Translations under genes and position numbers: made by a program
Assembly: GCA_963776085.1 (NCBI GenBank)
Contig: CAVZMS010000079.1
Coordinates: forward strand, 14,508 to 78,507
Source: an uncultured delta proteobacterium
Lineage (GTDB): Bacteria; Desulfobacterota; DSM-4660; Desulfatiglandales; HGW-15
Direction of reading: 5' to 3'
DNA length: 64,000 nucleotides
Shown here: positions 57,961 through 64,000 of the stretch, one piece after another
How the letters are laid out: each line of letters opens with the position of its first letter
How positions within the stretch are numbered: position 1 is the first letter of the stretch
The notes under the pieces: model-generated
The model's input: the letters and a program-made list of their open reading frames with translations, nothing else
What the model was told of the DNA's origin: nothing
Databases searched by the model: none

Positions 57961-58173
57961 TGTCCCTCAAGGATCTCTTTTTCAGGGGCGAAAATTTAAT
58001 AAGCAAGGAATCGGCATAAGGATGTCGTCAGGCGGGCGGCGAAGTTCCGAGTAGATAGCTACCCCTCCTTCCTAGTTAATTTTGCTGGAAGCCCTCCGCC
58101 CGTCTTGCTGCGAGTTATGCAAAATGCCGGGTACTGTATGATTTCGCCTTCGAAAAGAGATCCCTGAGGGACA
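57961..58173 (-). repeat. LHR family copy 6
   Basis: TGTCCCTCAAGGATCTCTTTTTCAGGGGCGAAA ... TTTCGCCTTCGAAAAGAGATCCCTGAGGGACA. The interior is nearly identical to copy 5. Confidence 0.88.
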
Positions 58174-58245
58174 CAATATCTATACGGTATTCCAATCCGA
58201 AATCGCTAACCTTACACCCTATGCCTTGCGCCCCGCTCCTATATT

Positions 58246-59061
58246 CTACTTCAATCTCAAAGATACATCTCCAGTCAATATCCTCTTCTCCTCCCCTAGA
58301 CTATCCTTCAAGATCAGTGCACCCTGGCGATCAATCCGCATTGCCTTTCCCCTGACAATCTCGTCCGGCGATATAATCTCAACATCCTTTCCAATTACCA
58401 TCGAGAGTTGATTCCATTTCATATAAAAATCTTCTACTTTCCCGGAAAGCGTTTCCTGATAATGTTCTTCAAATCTTTTCAGTATCCCTGAAAGAAGTTC
58501 ATTCCTGGAGATCATGTGCCCTGATTCGGCAAAAATGCTGGTGACGGGATACATAATATCGTCATTCCCTCCCGGCCTCCAGTTAACATTAAGACCAAGA
58601 CCGAGGATAACATGTCTCAAGCGCTTATCCCTTACTGAAAATTCCGTTAGTATGCCTCCGAGCTTCTTCTGGTGAATACAGAGGTCATTCGGCCATTTGA
58701 TCAAGATGTCAAGGCCATTCATCTCCTTTACACTATCAATCACCGCAACGGCCAGAATCATGGTCAGGATAAATGTATCATCCGGATTAAGAGTGGGTCT
58801 GAGGATGATAGTAAAGAGGAGATTGGTATGACCTGGTGAAAGCCAGACCCTGTCCAATCTACCTTTTCCGGCGGTCTGCTCTTCAGCAAGGACGACTGTC
58901 CCCTCCTCGGCGCCCTTTAAGGCGAGTTCCCTGGCAAGCCTGTTTGTAGAATCAAGCCTTTCATGAAGGATAAGGTTTTTTGAGAAAATGGTACTTCCAA
59001 GTCCTCTAATAATCGCGTCTCTATCAAGATTATCTGAAATCCTTAGTTTCACCATGCCCAT
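58246..59061 (-). CDS. birA: biotin--[acetyl-CoA-carboxylase] ligase (group I, no HTH)
   Basis: 271 aa with the GKGRLDRVW (GRGRxGR-like) motif and KWPNDL. Confidence 0.88.
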   Translation of the reverse strand: MGMVKLRISDNLDRDAIIRGLGSTIFSKNLILHERLDSTNRLARELALKGAEEGTVVLAEEQTAGKGRLDRVWLSPGHTNLLFTIILRPTLNPDDTFILTMILAVAVIDSVKEMNGLDILIKWPNDLCIHQKKLGGILTEFSVRDKRLRHVILGLGLNVNWRPGGNDDIMYPVTSIFAESGHMISRNELLSGILKRFEEHYQETLSGKVEDFYMKWNQLSMVIGKDVEIISPDEIVRGKAMRIDRQGALILKDSLGEEKRILTGDVSLRLK

Positions 59062-59277
59062 CCCCTTCTTTTGATGGATTTCGGCTGTTTTTTTCTTTTA
59101 TATAAAACGAAAGTAAATTACCCGCCGGCTGAAACCGGTAGCTTTTATTTATATAATAGTCGAACTGAAGTTTCACTTAAAGATAAGGCCGGACAATCAT
59201 GAGCATGCAAACACCTTTCAACATCCAATTGATTTATGCCGGCCATTCGGAAAGAATAATTTTGATGGATTGACTTG

Positions 59278-60302
59278 TTACTTATATGTCTCTCTTTTCA
59301 ATTCCCTTGTCATGAGTTCCCTGACCGCTGACCTTGGGTCTTTCCCCCGATAAAGGATCTCATAGACCTGATTGATGATTGGCATATCAACCCCCATCTT
59401 TTTTGCCAGACTGAAATGCGGAGATGGATGTCTTTATGCCTTCCGCCACCATATTCATATCCTTTGTTATCTCCTCCAAACCCATCCCTTTACCGATCTT
59501 CAAGCCTACCATCCTGTTCCTGCTAAGATCACCGGTACATGTCAGAACAAGATCTCCTATACCGGATAATCCTGCAAAGGTCATAGGCTTAGCCCCCATT
59601 GCTACTCCAAGTCTGGTGATCTCTGCCAAACCCCTGGTAATCAAGGCGGCCCTAGCATTAAGACCGAATCCGAGTCCATCCGCGGCACCTGATGCTATCG
59701 CTATTACGTTCTTAAGAGCCCCGCACAGCTGAACGCCCACAAGATCATCACTGATATAGACCCTGAAGAACTCTGTTGAAAAAAGTGTCTGCAGCTGTGA
59801 TGCATGGCTCATGTCCCGGCATGAGATTGTCACCGCTGTTGGCTGTTTTGCGATTACTTCCCTGGCAAAGCTCGGCCCTGCCAGGCATGCGAAAAGTCTC
59901 GAATAATCCTGTGGCAGTACCTCCTCAACAACCTGAGACATTATCTTAAGAGTTTCATTCTCTATGCCCTTGGTTGCTGATCATAAGCTTCATATTCTGT
60001 TGAAGATAAGGCCTAATATCCTGCAGCACCTCCCTGAAGACATGGGATGGAACAACCATAAGGACAAGATCTTTATCAGAGAGGGCTTCTTCAAAGGTCT
60101 TAACGGGATTAAACATGGAACCGAGCTTTATTCCTGGTAAAAAGGTCTTGTTAATTCTATCTTCCTTTATCTGGTTATATACCTCTTCCTCCCTTACCCA
60201 CAGATCTACAAAAAACCCCTTTTCCGCTAAAAGATTGGCCAGGGTAGTGCCCCAGCTGCCGGCCCCTATTACCCCTATTCTCGTGATATCCATTTTAGAC
60301 AT
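59278..60302 (-). pseudogene. gpsA: NAD(P)H-dependent glycerol-3-phosphate dehydrogenase, two frameshifts
   Basis: N-terminus IGVIGAGSWGTTLA (60302-59955), middle ALKNVIAIASG (59941-59400), and tail LAKKMGVDMPIINQVYEILYRGKDP in a third frame ending at 59278. Confidence 0.88.
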
Positions 60303-60316
60303 TAATATTTCTCTAT

Positions 60317-62734
60317 TTAATCTTCCATGAATTTTGCAACGCCAACCACCTTCTCTCCTTCACCCAGATTAATCAATTTCACCCCCTGGGTGTTGCGGCC
60401 AATGACTGAGATGTCAGCTACCCTTAACCTTATAATCTTTCCATGTTCCGTTATTATTATCACCTCTTCTGTGTCGCTTACCTGATAGGAATAAACAACC
60501 GGTCCGTTCCTCTGTGAGGTCTTGATAGTTAAAATCCCCTTCCCTCCCCTTGACTGTCTCCTGTATTCCTCCGTATTGGTCCTTTTTCCAAAACCATTCT
60601 CTGTAACGGTAAGGATAGTGGCACCTTCAAGTATCGCCTCCATGCCCACCACTTCATCTCCTGGTTCCATCCTGATCCCGATGTTACCAGCCGCGACCCG
60701 TCCCATGCCCCTCAGGTCGGTTTCCGGGAATCTGATGGACTTTCCATTGCGCGTTGCGAGAAAGATATCATGTTTGCCGCTTGTCAACCTAACGCCTATC
60801 AGCTCATCCTCTTCCATTATCTTTAGCGCTATGATCCCCATTGTCCTTGGACGGGCATAGGCCTTGAGTTCCGTCTTCTTTACCAGACCATTCTTGGTCG
60901 CCATCACAACATAGGAATCCTCATCAAATTCCTTGACCGGCAGGATAGTAGCAACCTTTTCGTCCTTCTGCAGTTCAAGGAAATTTACTATAGCCTTTCC
61001 CCTGGACATCCTTCCGGCTTCAGGTATCTCATGAACCTTTTTCCAATAGACACGTCCCTGGTTTGTGAAAAAGAGGAGGTAATTATGTGAGGAGGCAACA
61101 AAGAGATGTTCTACGAAGTCCTCTTCCTTAGGCACGACACCTGTCAGCCCTTTCCCTCCCCGTCGCTGGGCCCTGTAAAGGCTTATAGGGTTCCTCTTGA
61201 TATATCCCCTATGACTTATGGTAACAACCATATCTTCATCAGCTATCAGATCCTCAATGCCAATTTCCCCCATTTCCTGAAGTATCTCTGTCCTTCGACT
61301 GTCTCCGAATTTTTCATTGATCTCCTTCATCTCGTCCCTTATGATCTGCGACACCATGGCAGGACTTTCAAGGATGGCCTTATATCTGGATATATCCTTG
61401 ATGAGGTCCCTGTATTCAGAGTCTATCTTTTCCCTCTCGAGTCCGGTCAGCCTGTTCAATCTCATATCCAGTATGGCCTGAGACTGGACATCGGTCAGAT
61501 CAAACGTGGACATCAATCGTTCCTTCGCCTCTTTTGAATCAGAGGATGCCCTTATTAATGAGATCACATCGTCCAGAAATTCCAGGGCCTTTTTTAATCC
61601 TTCAAGAATATGCGCCCGTTCCTCGGCCTTCCTGAGGTCATACTTGGTCCTTCTTATTATTATTTCCCGCCGGTGATTAATAAAATGATCGAGTATCTCT
61701 TTAAGATTTAAGATCTGGGGCCTTCCATTTACTATGGCCAGAAAAATAATCCCAAAGGATACTTCCATCTGTGTAAACTTATATAGACGATTCATAATAA
61801 CGAGGGCATTACCATCCCTCTTCACGTCTATTACTATCCTCATCCCTTCTCTGTCAGACTCGTCTCTAATATCGGATATCTCCTCTATCTTTTTCTCCTT
61901 TACCAGTTCCGCTATACTTTCCAGAAGTTTTGTTTTATTTACCTGGTAGGGTATTTCCGAGATGATAATACTTTCCTTATTTTTACCAACCTTCTCCACA
62001 AAGGCCCTGGCCCTGATCTTTATAATGCCCCTGCCGGTCTTATAGGCATCGATGATACCCTTGTGGCCCAGTATAAATCCTGACGTAGGAAAATCAGGGG
62101 CCTTAATGACTTCCATTAGTCCTTCCACACTGATCTCTGGATTATCGATCACCCTTGTAATAGCCTCACATACCTCCGTGAGGTTATGCGGCGGTATATT
62201 TGTGGCCATACCCACGGCGATGCCGGAAGAACCATTTACCAATAGATTCGGGATATTTGTGGGCAGGATACTCGGCTCCAGGAGAGAATCGTCATAGTTG
62301 GGCGAAAAATCCACTGTCTCTTTTTCTATGTCGGAAATAAAATCCTGGGCCATGCGAGTCATCCGCACTTCAGTATATCTCATGGCCGCAGGCGGATCAC
62401 CGTCCACGGATCCAAAATTACCTTGTCCATCAATCAGAGGATACCTCAATGAAAAATCCTGGGCCATGCGTACAATGGTGTCATATACTGCCGCGTCTCC
62501 ATGTGGATGATATTTGCCTATCACATCTCCGACAACCCTCGCTGATTTTTTATATGGTCTATTGAAAAAATTTTTCAGGTCATACATCCCGTATAATACG
62601 CGCCTGTGGACCGGTTTGAGTCCATCCCTAATATCCGGAAGGGCCCGTCCGACTATAACGCTCATGGAATATTCGAGATATGATTTTTTCATCTCGTCTT
62701 CAATTTTTACAGCGGCATAATTCTTATCCGGCAT
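60317..62734 (-). CDS. gyrA: DNA gyrase subunit A
   Basis: 805 aa with DGLKPVHRR, the active-site region AAMRYTE, and C-terminal beta-pinwheel repeats; intact. Confidence 0.95.
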   Translation of the reverse strand: MPDKNYAAVKIEDEMKKSYLEYSMSVIVGRALPDIRDGLKPVHRRVLYGMYDLKNFFNRPYKKSARVVGDVIGKYHPHGDAAVYDTIVRMAQDFSLRYPLIDGQGNFGSVDGDPPAAMRYTEVRMTRMAQDFISDIEKETVDFSPNYDDSLLEPSILPTNIPNLLVNGSSGIAVGMATNIPPHNLTEVCEAITRVIDNPEISVEGLMEVIKAPDFPTSGFILGHKGIIDAYKTGRGIIKIRARAFVEKVGKNKESIIISEIPYQVNKTKLLESIAELVKEKKIEEISDIRDESDREGMRIVIDVKRDGNALVIMNRLYKFTQMEVSFGIIFLAIVNGRPQILNLKEILDHFINHRREIIIRRTKYDLRKAEERAHILEGLKKALEFLDDVISLIRASSDSKEAKERLMSTFDLTDVQSQAILDMRLNRLTGLEREKIDSEYRDLIKDISRYKAILESPAMVSQIIRDEMKEINEKFGDSRRTEILQEMGEIGIEDLIADEDMVVTISHRGYIKRNPISLYRAQRRGGKGLTGVVPKEEDFVEHLFVASSHNYLLFFTNQGRVYWKKVHEIPEAGRMSRGKAIVNFLELQKDEKVATILPVKEFDEDSYVVMATKNGLVKKTELKAYARPRTMGIIALKIMEEDELIGVRLTSGKHDIFLATRNGKSIRFPETDLRGMGRVAAGNIGIRMEPGDEVVGMEAILEGATILTVTENGFGKRTNTEEYRRQSRGGKGILTIKTSQRNGPVVYSYQVSDTEEVIIITEHGKIIRLRVADISVIGRNTQGVKLINLGEGEKVVGVAKFMED

Positions 62735-62810
62735 AATTCGTATTCTCCAAAAATCAAGTTATAGTGAACGACATAAATAAGTAGCTATATTTGTGAAAGC
62801 AGGCATATGG

Positions 62811-63113
62811 ATGTCCGGCATGGGTCTCTTTTCGAAGGCGAAATTGTACAGTGCCTGATATTTTGCATAACTCGTAGCAAAGGCGGGTGGAGGGTATATC
62901 GCATCACGCAAGGTGCATAGCGCGGAGAATCTCAAAAGAGAATATTGAATGATGAACATGGAATTTTAAATTTTGAATTTTGCCTCCCGCCAATATTCAA
63001 CATTCTGAAATCGATATTCAATATCATATTATATTATTTCGCCTCTAAAAAGAGACCCCATATCGGACATCTATAGAAATCACGATGGTTAAGATGCAAA
63101 ATTATTAACTCGG
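62811..63113 (+). repeat. LHR family copy 7 (chimeric: normal termini and 5' arm, replaced interior)
   Basis: ATGTCCGGCATGGGTCTCTTTTCGAAGGCGAAATTGTACAGTGCCTGATATTTTGCATAACTCGTAGCAAAGGCGGGTGGAGG, then about 140 nt of AT-rich heptamer-periodic sequence, then TTTCGCCTCTAAAAAGAGACCCCATATCGGACAT. Outer-IR-like ATGCAAAATTATTAACTCGG extends to 63113. Confidence 0.8.
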
Positions 63114-63165
63114 TCACTATATAATACCATTAGTTTGAGACGATAGGCCTTTTGCCTTTCGCCTA

Positions 63166-64000
63166 TTATATATCCAGTTCCGTAACCTCTAAGGCATTGT
63201 TCTGTATAAACTCCCGCCTTGGTTCCACCTTGTCGCCCATTAAGACTGTAAATATATCATCAGCATCAACCACATCCTCCACCCTTATCTGAAGCAAGCT
63301 CCTCTTTTCCGGGTCCATAGTAGTTGTCCATAATTGTTCGGGATTCATCTCTCCAAGGCCTTTATACCTCTGAATAGTCAGACCTTTCCTCGCCCTTTCC
63401 ATAAGCTCTGTCATAAGCTGGTGAGGGCCGTCGACCTTCTTTACTTCTTCTTCATCGGCAATCGTGTATACACCTTGCAACATGCTACTAAATTTTTCAT
63501 GGATCCCGATCATATTTCTTAATTCCTGAGAAGCCAGGAATTCCCAGTTAACAAAAGCTGACTGGCCTCCATTCTGTCTTTCGGTTATCGTAAATTCATA
63601 CTCTCCATCCTCTTCAGTTACATTGACATCACTGATGCTGAAGCCTTCCCCTTGAAGACCCTTGAAGATCTTTTCCATAAATACACGGTCTTTAAACATT
63701 GTCTGATCACTAGGTCCTTTGGAGGCCAAAGAGGTTATAAACCTGGAGATGTATCCCCGTCTTGTCAGTTTCTGAAGGTTTTTATAATATTTAATAATCG
63801 CTTTAAGGAGGGTTACCAACTTTTGCCCTTTTATCTCCTCACCTGTATCCAGTGTTACTTTTTCATTTTCAGCTATGCGACCTAAAATAAAATCATTAAA
63901 CTCATCTTCATCTTTTATATATATCTCCTTTTTATTGGATGCCACACGGTAAAGAGGCGGCTGCGCAACATATAGATGTCCGTTTTCTATCAGGTCCGGC
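63166..64000 (-). CDS. gyrB: DNA gyrase subunit B (C-terminal part; gene runs off the window)
   Basis: [21 protein letters not shown] and the C-terminal ..ALEVTELDI. The frame stays open to position 64000 ([17 protein letters not shown]). Confidence 0.93.
   Translation of the reverse strand, partial: PDLIENGHLYVAQPPLYRVASNKKEIYIKDEDEFNDFILGRIAENEKVTLDTGEEIKGQKLVTLLKAIIKYYKNLQKLTRRGYISRFITSLASKGPSDQTMFKDRVFMEKIFKGLQGEGFSISDVNVTEEDGEYEFTITERQNGGQSAFVNWEFLASQELRNMIGIHEKFSSMLQGVYTIADEEEVKKVDGPHQLMTELMERARKGLTIQRYKGLGEMNPEQLWTTTMDPEKRSLLQIRVEDVVDADDIFTVLMGDKVEPRREFIQNNALEVTELDI

Overview
64-kb chromosomal segment, about 45% GC by eye and visibly heterogeneous. It most likely comes from an anaerobic bacterium. 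A Desulfobacterota-like syntroph or sulfate reducer is a guess from gene content (Mvh-type [NiFe] hydrogenase, archaeal-type PurH, FolE2, MoeA-PBP fusion); it cannot be proven from sequence alone.

Gene content in order:
- ddl, parS-parA-parB, plsY, a CooT-like Ni protein, pgk
- a molybdenum cofactor block: moeA, moeA-PBP fusion, ModE-like HTH, mobB
- a small accessory islet: mazEF, a GC-rich lipoprotein and a truncated dehydratase-like gene, punctuated by direct repeats
- purH, folE2, tRNA-Pro(UGG)
- a TonB-like protein, GAF and FHA proteins, and a SulP-STAS-cNMP transporter
- an eight-gene polyphosphate cluster: ppk1, CYTH-like/CHAD, ParA-like ATPase, CYTH, SixA-like, metallophosphoesterase, HhH/Lys-rich protein, two-domain ppk2
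- a decayed RAYT/IS200-like element
- a cytosolic Mvh-type [NiFe] hydrogenase with a GltD/HdrA-like flavoprotein, plus hypBAEDFC
- an MSHA-like type IV pilus locus in two convergent operons
- a Na/Pi cotransporter, an RRM RNA-binding protein, FmdE, birA, gpsA, gyrA and partial gyrB

Four things stand out:
1. An abundant family of about 215-285 bp long-hairpin palindromic repeats that I do not recognise. There are seven intergenic copies, and their stem mismatches are G:U-compatible on one strand only.
2. A ParA/MinD-type ATPase embedded in, and translationally coupled within, the polyphosphate cluster. This suggests a dedicated polyP-granule positioning system.
3. Several intergenic arrays with 7-nt periodicity.
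4. More than 30 single-base frame disruptions in 18 otherwise well-conserved genes, concentrated in the hydrogenase/hyp region. These look more like indel-type sequencing or assembly errors than true decay, but that needs read-level checking.

All coordinates and domain calls come from manual reading of the sequence and the ORF track. No database search was run.
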